A stretch of 64,000 nucleotides of DNA from Octopus sinensis (Eukaryota), in NCBI RefSeq assembly GCF_006345805.1, contig NC_042998.1, positions 109,926,001-109,990,000 of the forward strand. The letters run 5' to 3'. A program made the position numbers and the translations under genes. The notes under the pieces are model-generated. The model saw only the letters and a list, made by a program, of their open reading frames with translations. It was not told the DNA's origin and did no database searches. The number at the start of each line of letters is the position of its first letter. Within the stretch, counting starts at the first letter, position 1. This document shows positions 1 through 12,564 of this stretch, in pieces.

Positions 1-607
1 TTTATAACAGGTATGCAGCATAATTGAATAATTTGATTGTAAGGAGTAGGAATCCGTTTGAATACAGAACATTACTTGAATACGTGGGGCTAACAAATGA
101 ATCCTTACATGGATACTCGATTCACTAGAAATTGCTGCTAAATATCCCTTAAAAAACGCAGGTTACTATCTTTAGAAAAGGCCACAGTGGAGAACGCATT
201 CCTAGTTATACTTCTCGGAAACTTGAAGCACTTTGATGAAATTATGTTTAATCACGCTTGACAATAACTGGCATTTCTTGTTTATCTTGGAGATCATCCA
301 TAATCATCGTAATATGTTAGTTAATTAAGGTAAAAATTATTGTTTTAATTAATACTTGCTTAAGTTTTTAAGCAAAATTTCTTAAGCATTTTTGTTTTTA
401 AGTTGAACTAAATACTTGTATGATTTTAGACGGAAGTAAACATTGAAGCACTTGAACTTGTGTATAATATAAACAAGATAGATTGTGACAGTAGTGCCAA
501 GTTAGAGCTACTGTAGATTTGCAAAGATTTCTACCGCGGCACAACTTCTGAATACCTTCTGAAATAATTATTTCGAAAAACACTGTGATTATTATAAGAC
601 GCGTTCA

Positions 608-1452
608 TACGTAGTCTGATCAATAAGTATCCGGACTGTTGACATAGTAACGGAGCTAAAGCATGCAGTGTGAAACTGCTTGGTACAGATTGACCGTCAA
701 TTCCCTTGGTACATGCGCACTAAGTTTTAACGTTCTAGCTCACTCCCGCTGTTTGCAGTAGTGATTGGAAGTAATGTGTGTAGCGTTAAATCTGCATTCA
801 ATTTTGCCAATAGCTTGGCGATTCTTGCTCAGAGGGTACGCAAAGTTTTCAAAACGATTTCATCGTTCTCGACGACTCAATCAAGGAGATTTGTGTAACT
901 GAAAGTTGAATGTCTATTTGGTCAGCTGAAAGCAGTTTTGGCTCAAACTTGGCAGACACGCGTCTCATACCCAAATCTTCAGTGATAATGGACTGAACTG
1001 AACCGTAACTAATCTGCACATCTGCTGATAACTCACGGATGTTGATTCGACGATTTCCCCTCGCAGATCCCCGCAACATCTGCGGTGTTTTTCTCAGTTC
1101 TGCTGGTTGCAGGTCTCCCAGAAAGTTCGTCACTATCAACATTTTTTCGGCCATCTTAGAAACGTCTGAACCACTCGTACACTTGCTAGCGGCTCATACA
1201 CCTCTCTCCATACACTTTCTACAACTTTGCGTAGGCCTCTGAGCAGGAATCGCCATAACAACTTTCTCTATTATGGTCAATGTAATGATCACACGCTACA
1301 CACCTTCCTTCCAAGCACTATTGTAAACAGCGGGTGTGAGTTAGAACATTAAAATTTACTGCACATGCACAGTAGAGATGAAGATCAAGCTGCGTCAAGC
1401 GGTTTCACTCTGCGTGCTTTAGCTTTGTTACTATGGCAATAGTTCGGATACA
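608..1452 (-). mobile_element. Mariner-derived non-autonomous element made of two inverted 5' ends; decayed transposase N-terminus on the minus strand
   Basis: TIR-like TACGTAGTCTGATCAATAAGTATCCGGACT at 608. Minus-strand translation gives RRINIRELSADVQISYGSVQSIITEDLGMRRVSAKFEPKLL, a mariner HTH/WVPR-type region. 627-846 is an inverted homologue of about 1223-1452. Confidence 0.85.
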
Positions 1453-1558
1453 CATATGAATATTTATATAAATACGCACACATATATGTATTTATGTCTA
1501 TATATATATGTATATCTGCATGTATGTAATTATGTATGTGTTTACACACACACATGAA

Positions 1559-1609
<51 letters not shown>

Positions 1610-1644
1610 CATATATATTTGTGTGTCTGTGTGTGTCTATATGA

Positions 1645-1990
1645 GAAGGCGCATAGCTTAATGGTTAGGAGTAGTCGGCTCACGATCCTAAGGTCATGAG
1701 TTCGTTACTCGGCGCCGCGTTGTGCCTCTTGAGCAAGACGCTTTTTTATTCACGTTGCTCCAGTCCAGTCACTGGCAAAAAAATGGGTAGTACCTGTATT
1801 TCAAAAGGCTAGTCTTGTCTTAATCTGTGTCACGCTGAATTTCTCCGAGAACTACGTTAAGTCGAGTGCTCAGCCACTTGTACGGGAATTTCACGAGCAG
1901 GCTCTTCCGTTGATCGTAACGGAATGTCAGTTTGATGTGTATCCATCGCACCAACGCACGGTTGCAACACCATATGGTCTTATCTCCAAC
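1645..1990 (+). mobile_element. tRNA-derived SINE, family 3 (GGCGCATAGCTTAATGGTTAG head)
   Basis: tRNA-like head with A-box/B-box remnants and core TTGAGCAAGAC...TTGCTCCAGTCCA...GGCAAAAA shared with the copy at 61143. Confidence 0.7.
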
Positions 1991-2355
1991 CGTGTTTTTT
2001 TCTGCTGTGATTTTTGCTACCCAGGTATCGGTTAAACTTTTGAATAATCTGTAACAAGAAAATTCATCTTTCCATTTCAACAAATATATATATTTATATA
2101 TATATATACATACTTATGGTGTACTCCTGGAGAACTACATTGCCTCGAAACAATTGTAGCAATTAAGAAATATCTGTCCAACTTGTGACTCCAATTTATT
2201 TCTTGAATTTTGTACACACACACGACGAATGTCCCAAATTAAACTTGATGGTATGTGATAATACTACCGGATAGTACTGGGCAATTCTGAAAGTGGACGA
2301 GCTTTATACTGTAGTCTACCACGTCCGTAACGGAGTATACACTAAGTATATATAT

Positions 2356-2399
<44 letters not shown>

Positions 2400-2495
2400 T
2401 GTATTTAAATTGATGTGATGATTACATTGTTTGATTAAATGGATCCGCTTGAAACAGCCGTTCTGCATTACTACTTGATATCCTGTTGCTTATTT

Positions 2496-2585
<90 letters not shown>

Positions 2586-2605
2586 CATATTTATATGTGA
2601 ATATG

Positions 2606-2655
<50 letters not shown>

Positions 2656-3145
2656 TACCTATATATACATATATAATTACATACATGCATACATACATAC
2701 ATGCATATATTCATACATACATACATACATATATACATGTATATATATATATACATGTATATATATATAAAATGTTTTGGAAGGATATAAAAGCGGGTTA
2801 TAAAGCACGACCTATATCGAGCTTTACGCCATATATATTCTTGGCTTCCATTCTTAAGGAAGATCGAAATTCTTCAGGTGTGACAGCGGTGAAACTATAA
2901 TGTGGTGCAGCGAAAGGTAAAATATAAAACAAATAAGAAGAAAAGAATAAGTTTACCGCATCTTAGTGACCAGTTACAGTTGTTGATGTACCAGCGCTAT
3001 TTTTTTTCTTTGAGGTTTTAAGCACTAGCCTGGCGCTTCTTAAGACCTGCATCAAAAATTCGCTCTTACATTGTGTCTACGTAAAATGCAGCTCTGAAGA
3101 AGTGCCAGTCTAATGTTTAAGACCGCAATGAAATATTATTTTTAC

Positions 3146-3340
3146 GGCGGTGATCTGGCAAAGTCGCTACCGCGCCCGTAAAATATTCCCTGTCGTATTT
3201 CTTCTGACTTTACGTTATGAGTTCGAATGCATCATGGGTTAACTTTACCATTTAACTTTTTAGGATCGATAAAACAAGTGTCAATTGAGCACTTGGGTTC
3301 GATGTAATCAACTTGCACCCTCTCATAGAATTTCTGGCTT
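3146..3340 (+). mobile_element. Degenerate tRNA-derived SINE, family 1
   Basis: GGCGGTGATCTGGCA head, TTACGTTATGAGTTCGAAT B-box region and GATCGATAAAACAAG core; diverged relative of 8189-8590. Confidence 0.6.
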
Positions 3341-3524
3341 TTTTTTTTCTAAACTTTGCACATGTAAAGTTTGCGTGAATTGGTGTTGAAAATGTTGTTG
3401 GTACAGAAACGACTGTAACTAGTCATGAAAGATACGATAATCCCTTGTTTTCTAATTTGGATTATATATATATATATAAATAAATATACATGTATGTAAA
3501 TATGTATACATACATATATGCATG

Positions 3525-3569
<45 letters not shown>

Positions 3570-3573
3570 AAAT

Positions 3574-3608
<35 letters not shown>

Positions 3609-5717
3609 CATATATATATATATATTATGTATATATATGTGTGTATATATGTATATATATGCATATATAAGTGTATAAATGTATACGTATGTATATATGT
3701 GTGTATGTATGTGGTAAAAGCTTTTGCAGATGGCATAGCTAGAACGTTGCCTACTCTGGATTACCTTACGTCGAGAGATAACAATTATATAGTGAAAGTA
3801 TAATTCAGTAAACTTGGTTCTGAACAAGCAGCAATGATAACAAACAGAAACTCCAGGATCATTATAATTACGGTGAGCCTATAAAGTGATATAAAACTGA
3901 TTAAAAATTAAGTTTAGTTAAAACATATTAAATCGTTTGAAAGGTCAACATATGAAATTGTATATTGACCATTGAAACGTAAATATGAAATTGGTACGTT
4001 TAATAGTTACTTTATAAAATAATAATGTGTTAGAATTTGATTGAAGTCGAATATTACTAAATTTGTTGCTTATGTTTCCATAGAAATATTTAAACGGTAA
4101 TTTTTTTTAGAGGAAAATGTAATTAAATAGAAACAAAATACGACTCGACAGTAATTACTTTTATTACCGTAGTTAGACTAGATAGTTTATTTTGCTGTTT
4201 ATTTAAAAAAAGACCGATTGAATATTCAGTTTTAAGAGAAAGTCGTTGTTTTATAATGCATTTAGAAAAAGTATCCTACAAAGGCGTACACACATATTAC
4301 ATAAGTGTACAAAAACGGATGTATAAACAGGTGCACATAAATACTCAGATGGATAGGGATGGATAGAAAAGTGGAGAGAGAGAGAGAGAGAAAGAAAGAG
4401 AGAGAAAGAAAGAAAGAGAGAGAGAGAGCGAGAGAGAGAGAGAGCGAGAGAGAGAGAGAGAGAGGCGGGCGTACAAACTCATCCTGTAGTTGTCTTTGAA
4501 AACACTATTTAGTCTTTAAGAATATTAAACTTTTATACACCTCAAGAAGTAAAAATATTAGTACTCAATCATCAGAATATCGAACAAAAAAATTTTACGG
4601 GTGTATTCCATTGAAATTTCTGGTCTCTCCGATGGTTCTAACTCCATTACATTAGACACAGCTGTTCCATATTTTAACAGTTATGTCTAACTATAATATT
4701 TTAATGTTGATACATCTGAATGTTACGGACACTGCTGGGGTGAGATTTGATAAAAACTTTTGACACTAGCACAAAGTGAATCAATTGAGAAGACTCTCTC
4801 CCCCTCCCCCTCTCTCTCTCTATCGCACACACACACATACACACACAAACTTAGATTCAGCCCGATAGCTGGAAAACAAAACGCAAATTTGTCCTCTGCT
4901 ATATTCGATCTCCGAATATAAGAATATAACTATGAGCTGTAACATTTTATATCCATGAGCCTACCGTTCAGCGTTTTGCACATTCAGCATTATTAACGAT
5001 TGACTGATGTTCCTTTCCTTTCCTTCCATTTTACTGATTTTGTTCCATAGAATATACTCAGTGAAATGCAGACCATCATCTAACCAATTATACATAAGAT
5101 ATATATTCAGCAGTATTTAGTAAAGTCCAAGAGAAAATGAAATGCTTAAGAATACTATCAGTGTGACCATTGCAACATATGCTGGTTTTACTGAGTCCAC
5201 CTAAGCCCTTAAACAGCAGGTCTATGATCAACGGCTTTCAAGCCATGTCAGTACTTTTAATTAATTAGAGTGTATGTAAGAGTTTTATTTCTATCCGTTC
5301 AACCGCTTACATAGAAACTCTCTTGTGAAACTAAAGACGTTTTTAAAGATAGGTCAACAAAATAATAATAATGATAGTATTCAGGTGTATATGAATAAAT
5401 GAACTCTACCCTAAGTTGCATTATAGATATAAAACCAGTGAATATAGCAATTCATATTCCAGAATCATACATTCTGTCTATGCCGTAACTCTCAATTTTA
5501 ACAACCGAAGAGATCCAAAAAGAAATAGCTTGCGTGGTAAGCATAGCGAGTTAGAGATATCGACTGAATTTCCCTACAGTTACACAATACTGGTTTACAG
5601 AAAGACGCTATGTTGATGAGTAGATGACTTTTAATCTGCTGAAACAGGGATGGCTGACCTTGAACCAAACAATAACCCCAGCAGCAACAATAACAGGAAG
5701 GAGCTTTAGAGTATACC

Positions 5718-6128
5718 ATGGTAAAAAGCTTGCTTCCCAACCACATGGTCCTGGATTCAGTCCCACTTCGCGACACCTTGGGCAAGTGTCTTCTACTATA
5801 GTCTCGGGCCGACCAAAGCCTTGTGAGTGGATTTGGTAGACGGAAACTGAAAGACGCCTGTCAGACACTCACACACACACACACACACACATGCACAAAC
5901 ACAAATATATGTATATATTTGTGTGTTTGTGTCTGTGTTTTTCCCTCCACCATCGCTTGACAACCGATCTTGTGTTTATGTCCCCGTAAATTAGCGGTTT
6001 GGCGAAAGAGCCCGATAGAATAAGTACCAAGCTTTACAAAGAATAAGTCCAGGGGTCAATTTCTTCAACTAAAAGGCGGTGCTCCAGCATCGCCACAGTA
6101 AAAATGACTGAAACAAGTAAAAGTATAA
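5718..6128 (+). mobile_element. tRNA-derived SINE, family 2 (internal microsatellite, LINE-like tail)
   Basis: CTTCCCAACCACATGG...CACCTTGGGCAAGTGTCTTCTACTATAG...GCCTTGTGAGTGGATTTGGTAGACGGAAACTGAAAG core and GGCGGTGCTCCAGCAT...ACTGAAACAAGTAAAAG tail. Confidence 0.85.
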
Positions 6129-6151
6129 AAGAATATATATATATATATACA

Positions 6152-6290
<139 letters not shown>

Positions 6291-7201
6291 AGATAAATAT
6301 GTTAGGAAATTTGATGTGAAGTATAATGGAAATGACAAAGAAAGGGTAATGTTTAGCGATGTGTATACTGCTTTTTTAAGGAGTAGAAACCGTCATAGTT
6401 TTCATACAAAACTAGAGGAATAATTGTACTGAAGTGGATTTATAGTTGTAGAGGGAAATTAGGTGCAGATTTGACAACCAGTCAGATCAATCAGGTTTTT
6501 AATGATTTTGTTTGTAGCAACTCTCCCGTTTGTGATGCGTGGCCATGTCTCTGTGGGAGAGCATCTTACCTTCGAAAAAACTTGGAAGTGATCAGAGATG
6601 ACTTTCTGGCTACGAAGAGAATGCGAATGCCTTTGAGACAAAGATTTAGTTATGTTACATTTGAGAAGGAAGGGGGTCACTAAAAGGAGTCACATCAGAG
6701 ATTGAGAGGCTACAAAAATCACTTTGAAGTCGTTCACCGTGGAATTTAACATAAAATAAGCGAAACAGGAAAATATTCATTAGTAATATAAAATGCTAAG
6801 GATTTTATTGTTTTCATATTAAGAGTTTTGATCAGAATTCCGAACTACAATTTTAACACCGACAAACAAACCTTTATTTTCCAAAGGTCATTTGATTTTT
6901 TTTCATTTATGCAAGGTGAATATTCACGAAATTATCAAGTGGAACAGGACAGTTTTATAACTAATGACCTTTTCACCTGATACTACAGCTTAAAAACAGT
7001 CTAAATATTTGATACTAGAATATAAAATGATAGCACTCTTGACGTTCACGTCTGCTAATTAAACATTAGGGAAAAGTAGAGAGGAAAGGGGCAGTTCCAG
7101 TTGACAAAAGAGGCAAAAGGTTAGGTAAATGAGAAATTATATTCTATGTTGGCAGCAATGTTTCAGTATGCGCGCGCATAATACATATGTGCATGTGTGT
7201 T

Positions 7202-7270
<69 letters not shown>

Positions 7271-7383
7271 CAGAGAGGGAGAACTTGGATGTGTGTTTCT
7301 ATTTGCTTCACTGCAATTGATTGTGTGCAAATAGGCGATAATATCTCTTGCCCTCCTTTATTTCTTCTTTAACTCAAACTCTT

Positions 7384-7419
<36 letters not shown>

Positions 7420-7460
7420 CACACACATACACATACACATATACCTACCTATCTACCTGC

Positions 7461-7498
<38 letters not shown>

Positions 7499-7520
7499 GA
7501 CACATACACATATATATTTT

Positions 7521-7869
7521 TTCTTTTCTACTCTAGGCGCACGGCCCCAAATTTTAGGGAGGGGGCCAGTCGATTAGATCGACTCGAGTATGCAACTGGT
7601 ACTTAATTTATCGACCCCGAAAGGATGAAAGGCAAAGTCGACCTCGGCGGAATTTGAACTCAGAACGCAAAGACAGACGAAATACCTATTTCTTTTTTAC
7701 CCACAAGGGGCTAAACACAGAGGGGACAAATAAGACAGACAAACGAATTAAGTCGATTGTATCGACACCAGTGCGTAACTGGTGCTTATTTAATCGACCT
7801 CGAAAGGATGAAAGGCAAAGTCGACCTCGGAGGAATTTGAACTCAGAACGTAGCGGCAGACGAAATACC
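7521..7869 (-). mobile_element. SINE family 1, dimeric body, 5'-truncated
   Basis: Two tandem copies of the CGACCCCGAAAGGATGAAAGGCAAAGTCGACCTCGG core, reverse complement of 8189-8590. Confidence 0.85.
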
Positions 7870-7874
7870 TATTT

Positions 7875-8082
7875 CCCTTCTGTGTTTAGCCACTTGTGGG
7901 TAGTAAAGAAATAGGTATTTCGTCTCTCTTTACATTATGATGTCAAATTCCACCGAGGTGGACTTTGTCTTTGATCTCTTCGGCGTCGATAAATTGAGTA
8001 CCAGTTGCATCCTTGGGTCGATGAAATCGACTGGCCCCCTCCCGCGAAATTTCAGGCCTTCTGCTTAGAGTAGAATAGAATT
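7875..8082 (+). mobile_element. SINE family 1, 3' half
   Basis: Matches 8372-8590 in the same orientation and abuts the minus copy head-to-head. Confidence 0.8.
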
Positions 8083-8188
8083 TTGTGTTTGTTTGAATTT
8101 TGCAAAGATATGGTATGATTTAGTTTTTATTATGCTAATTTTTGTTATAGGTTTGTCATATAATTAATGTAATATGTTACGTCCCAAA

Positions 8189-8590
8189 GGCGGCGAGTTG
8201 GCAGAAACGTTAGCACGCTGGACGGAATGCTTAGTGGTATTTCGTCTGCCGCTACGTTCTGAGTTCAAATCCCGCCGAGGTGGACTTTGCCTTTCATCCT
8301 TTCAGAGTCGATTAAATAAGTACCAGTTACACACTGGTGTCGATAAAGTCGACTTAATCCGTTTGTCTGTCCTTGTTTGTCCCTTCTGTGTTTAGCCCTT
8401 TGTGGGTAGTAAAGAAATAGGTATTTCATCTGTCTTTATGTTCTGAGCTCAAATTCCGCCGAGGTTGACTTTGCCTTTCATCTTTTTGGGATCGATAAAT
8501 TAAGTACCAGTTGCGTATTGGAGTCGATGTAATCGACTGCCCCCTACCCCCGAAATTTCGGACCTTGTGTCTAGAAAAGAAAAGAATATT
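8189..8590 (+). mobile_element. SINE family 1, full-length dimeric copy
   Basis: GGCGGCGAGTTGGCAGAAACG A-box head, B-box GAGTTCAAATCCC at 8261-8273, core repeated twice, AGAAAAGAAAAG tail. Confidence 0.9.
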
Positions 8591-9046
8591 TTACATCTCA
8601 GAGATGTGTTCATAAACTACAAATAATAAAAGTAAAAATTATGATTTAAAAATTCTTGTTCGTTTTGTTGTAGGAGTGCGATTTGTCCTCAAGGTATTTT
8701 TCTAGGGAATTTTGTCCTAGCAGGGCTTTCTCCTACACTCGCATCATTAACATCATCAACGAAACTATGAAGGTTATTCACCAGCCATCTCAAATTTGTA
8801 AAGTTGAGTATCAAACGTGGTGCAGAAAGACATTGGATTGAAAACTGGATAGTAAAATTGAGGGGGAATTTCATGACATGTAAGACCTGGAAGGGTAGCG
8901 AATATAAACCCAACTTCATATACCAGTGTTCACTCGATTTGAACTCCTTGGATTGCCGCTTTTGAGATGTCATCGACCCGGGAAACTATAGTCAGCCCGT
9001 CCATGTTGCCATGATTTTGCTATTTGCTACCCTTGTCATGTTTTAG

Positions 9047-9104
9047 GTTGTCAGTGAGCAGGGGCCAATCGATCCTGACAAACACTTGTTACTCTGGAAG
9101 GAAG
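9047..9104 (+). CDS. Candidate coding exon (VVSEQGPIDPDKHLLLWKE)
   Basis: Acceptor CATGTTTTAG, donor AAG/GTGAGG, open frame, GC-richer than flanks; no homology recognised. Confidence 0.25.
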
Positions 9105-10185
9105 GTGAGGGATGGGGGGTGTTCAGTGTAACTATATCGATTTTTGTTTATCCCTGTGGGTTGTCTCGATTTCGCAATTTATCTATCTGCCTGCATATCT
9201 ATTTTTATGTATGTATGTATGTATGTATGTATGTATGTATGTATGTATGTATGTATGTATCTGTCTGTATGTCTGTCTGTCTATCTATCTATCTACAAAT
9301 CGCTCCCTTTATGTATAGTTACATGAACCCCATATATGTACATGTGTGTGTGTGTGTGTGTGTGCGTGTATGTGTGTATGTGTGTGTGTATGTGCATGTG
9401 TGTGTGTCTTTGTGTATGTATATATATATATATATATATATATACTATGATGATAAAGCTGACTGGAATTTCAAGTTTCGCCTATCAGCGTTTTCAGTCA
9501 ATGGAAGTAACATCGCCTCGTCATGTATTTATAAAAAGCAGGAAAATTTATACAATGAGTGGAAGTGTAAAATGTGTTTTATTTTTAATAAAGGAATAAC
9601 ATGTTTAAAGGACATTACAGTGCTTAAAAGTCAAGATACAAATTAAGCAAATAAGTCAGTCGAAAGAATTGGTAAAAGAGATGTGTTGAACGGGAGTGGA
9701 GAATGTACTATAACAAACAAAAGGGTTGAGAAAATTTATTAGATGGAGGTTGCTAAAAGGTTGTTTAAATTAACATGGCAGGTATAATTGCTAAGTTACT
9801 TTTTACGCTAATCAGATCAGAGAGGGATGTCATTATCAATAACTTGTATAATAGCTTCCTTCAAGTTTCTTTCATTAATTTTCCATTTTTAGTTCTACAA
9901 GGTACTGAGAACAATAGTTCAGCAAGTTCAAAGTATCTTGTAAAGGAACTGACTTTTAGAATGTTTTAGTTTTCGTGAAAAAATTTTAGTGAAAGAAAAT
10001 ATTTAACTTTCTATGGTCTCAATAGAAAAATACGCTACTTACACTAAAATTTCAAAATCATTAATAGAGTGCGGTGTGGGTAACATTACCACAACCAAAT
10101 AAATATGGGAAATAGGTCTAATGGATAAAATGTAAAAAGTGTAGAGGAAGTGAATAAGACGAGCTTATGGAAACCATGGCCAGTC

Positions 10186-10343
10186 GTAGACGTGGCAGTG
10201 TGGTAAGAAATTTGCTCCCCAACCACATGATTCCGGGTACAGTCCCACTGCGTTGCTCCTTCGGCAAGTGTCTTCTACTATAGCCTCGGGCCGACTAATT
10301 CCTTGTGAGTGGATTTAGTAGATGGAAACTGAAAAATCTCATC

Positions 10344-10388
<45 letters not shown>

Positions 10389-10666
10389 TGCGTGCATGCG
10401 TGTGTGCATGTGTGTGTATATGTGTATACATGTTTGTGTATATCTATGTGTGTGTCTTTGTGTCTGTGTTTGTCCCTCCATCACCGCTTGACAACCGGTG
10501 TTGTTATGTTTATGCCCTCGTAACTTAGCGGTCTAGCAAAAGAGTCCCGATAAATTAATTACCAGGCTTAAAAAACAAGTCCTGGGGTCGATCTGTTTGA
10601 CTAAAAACCCTTGAGGAATGTGCTCCAGCATGGCTGCTGTTAAATGGCTGAAACAAGTAAAAGAAT
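10186..10666 (+). mobile_element. SINE family 2, near full length
   Basis: Same head, core, internal (TG)n and tail as 5718-6128. Confidence 0.85.
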
Positions 10667-10734
10667 AAATTATTGATCTTAAATTTTTTTATAATCTTTT
10701 TGAATAAAAGTGAAGATAACTATATTCTATTTTT

Positions 10735-11125
10735 TACCGTTTACTTGTTTCATTTATTAAACTACGGCCCTTGAAGGGTTTAGTAAAAGAAATCGACCCC
10801 AGTACTTTTTTTGCTATAAGCCTGGTACTTATTTTAACGTCCTCTTTTGCCAAACCGCTAAGTTACAAGGTCGTAAACAAATCAGCACCTGTTGCCAAGC
10901 TGTGGATGGTGACAAGCATAAACACATGCGTAAAAAGATATGTGTGTGTGTGTGGGGGGGGGGGTGCGTGAATGAGTGAGTATGTGTGTGTATGTGTATG
11001 TGTGTGTGTGTGTGCGTGTGAGTGTGTACGATGGGCTTCTTTCAGTTTCTCTGTACCAAATCCGCATATAGGTGCTTCGCAGTGGGACTGGACTGAAACA
11101 GGAACCATGTGATTGGAGAGCAAAC
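10735..11125 (-). mobile_element. SINE family 2, degenerate, inverted relative to 10186
   Basis: TTTACTTGTTT tail complement, CTTTTGCCAAACCGCTAAGTTAC and GGCTTCTTTCAGTTTC core complements. Confidence 0.75.
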
Positions 11126-11307
11126 ATACGCACACACACACACACACACACGCATCCACACACACACATACGCATACATACACACGCATGAATGCACCCA
11201 CACGCATACATAGACACACACACGCATGCATACACACACACACGCATACACACATACACACATATACACACGCATACATACACACACACACACATACACT
11301 CATATAC

Positions 11308-11720
11308 ACCTGGATTACACGCGCATCAAGCAGCGGTATTGCACGACGTTTTTCCAAAAGCTTGTTGATGAACGAGCGCAAACCATTCAGAAGATCCAGC
11401 AGACCTTTTGCGATGATGCCATGGACAAAACTCACATCAGGGAGTGGCACAACCGCTTCAAACATGGCTGCAACTCAGGGAAGGGCGAAGCATCCCCAGG
11501 CAGGCAGGCAGGCAGGCAGGCAGGCTATCCGCAAACCGAAACGAGGAGCCGAATGAGAAGCCGAACAGGTATGGAAGACGTCGTATAACAATGCAATAAA
11601 TCGCTCTCGAAGTGAGAATAAATACAGGATCAGCGCATTCTATTTTAACGGAGGATTTTGCCCATGTGACATTAGTTGTGACCGGAAAGATAAAATCGGA
11701 TGCTTTATGAATGCACCTCG

Positions 11721-11722
<2 letters not shown>
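11308..11722 (+). mobile_element. Internally deleted mariner remnant
   Basis: Translation [48 protein letters not shown] resembles a mariner transposase N-terminus. Right TIR CGGATGCTTTATGAATGCACCTCG followed by TA at 11721-11722. Confidence 0.8.
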
Positions 11723-11756
<34 letters not shown>

Positions 11757-11778
11757 TGTATGTATGTATGTACGTATG

Positions 11779-11812
<34 letters not shown>

Positions 11813-12501
11813 TGTATGCACACAAAATATCCCTCCCCCATTACATAAATAACCATATATTTATTTTGCATAATAATTGAGTATATACTTCTTTGTTTTG
11901 TAATATCCAACTTCTCTTCCAGATGTTATTTGTTTTGATGTCAGATCGACACTGATCTTACTGGTGTATGATCAAATACTGCGCACCTATGACGTCTAAT
12001 CTTTTTTTGTCAGTCATAATATATTTAGCTGCACGCTGTCTTGTCAGGTGTTTTAAGAGACAGATTTGCCTCTAACTTGTAGCAGGTTTACAATATGGGA
12101 ACTCCGACTTATGAATAAGGTTAAACTTGTTGAAACTTTGATTAACCTCGGGATTTTATGATTCTAAAGGAAAATAAAATAAAATTCTTTATCAAGAACA
12201 TAAAATCTGAGCGTTGGATATTTAACTGACGTAGTATCCAACGTTAGTTGGATATAATTCTTAGTGTGTGGGATGCGTATAGTAATAGCATACGTTGCAT
12301 TTGTATTTATATAGTCTTGTTTTTAAGGTCCAAGAGGGTAAAGAGGAGAAATACGACTGAGAGAAAAACATAGCAAGGCAGATAAATAGATAGCTAGACA
12401 GATAGATAGAAAGAAAGAGAGAGAGAGAGGTGAGTAGAAACTGAAAGAGAGAAAAAGGAGAGATGAATGAATCCTCAAGAGTTGTTAATTTGCAGCTTTA
12501 G

Positions 12502-12564
12502 GACCGACGCAATACACACGAGAAACATCTGAAAAAGCTCTCGTGGGCTTAATTTCGTTGAAGA
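12502..12564 (+). CDS. Candidate coding exon (PTQYTRETSEKALVGLISLK), phase 1-1
   Basis: Acceptor TTTGCAGCTTTAG, donor AGA/GTACGT, 63 nt, one frame open throughout. Confidence 0.25.

Noticed and set aside
2805-2885. Minus-strand CUGAAGA ... GAUA-UAG-GUC^GUG hammerhead-like relic; also a possible plus exon ([18 protein letters not shown])
   Set aside because: GAAA is mutated, stem III is missing and stem I is only 3 bp; neither reading is supportable alone
4530-4580. Minus-strand CUGAUGA followed by a weak hairpin
   Set aside because: No GAAA or stem III; at most a fossil
6459-6683. ORFs of about 70 aa on both strands and a 40-nt minus candidate exon (6569-6608)
   Set aside because: No motif recognised, and it could not be linked convincingly to other exons
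8189-8275. tRNA-like sequences at SINE heads (also 1645, 10186, 26727, 61143)
   Set aside because: A/B boxes are present but there is no cloverleaf, and they continue into SINE bodies; not tRNA genes
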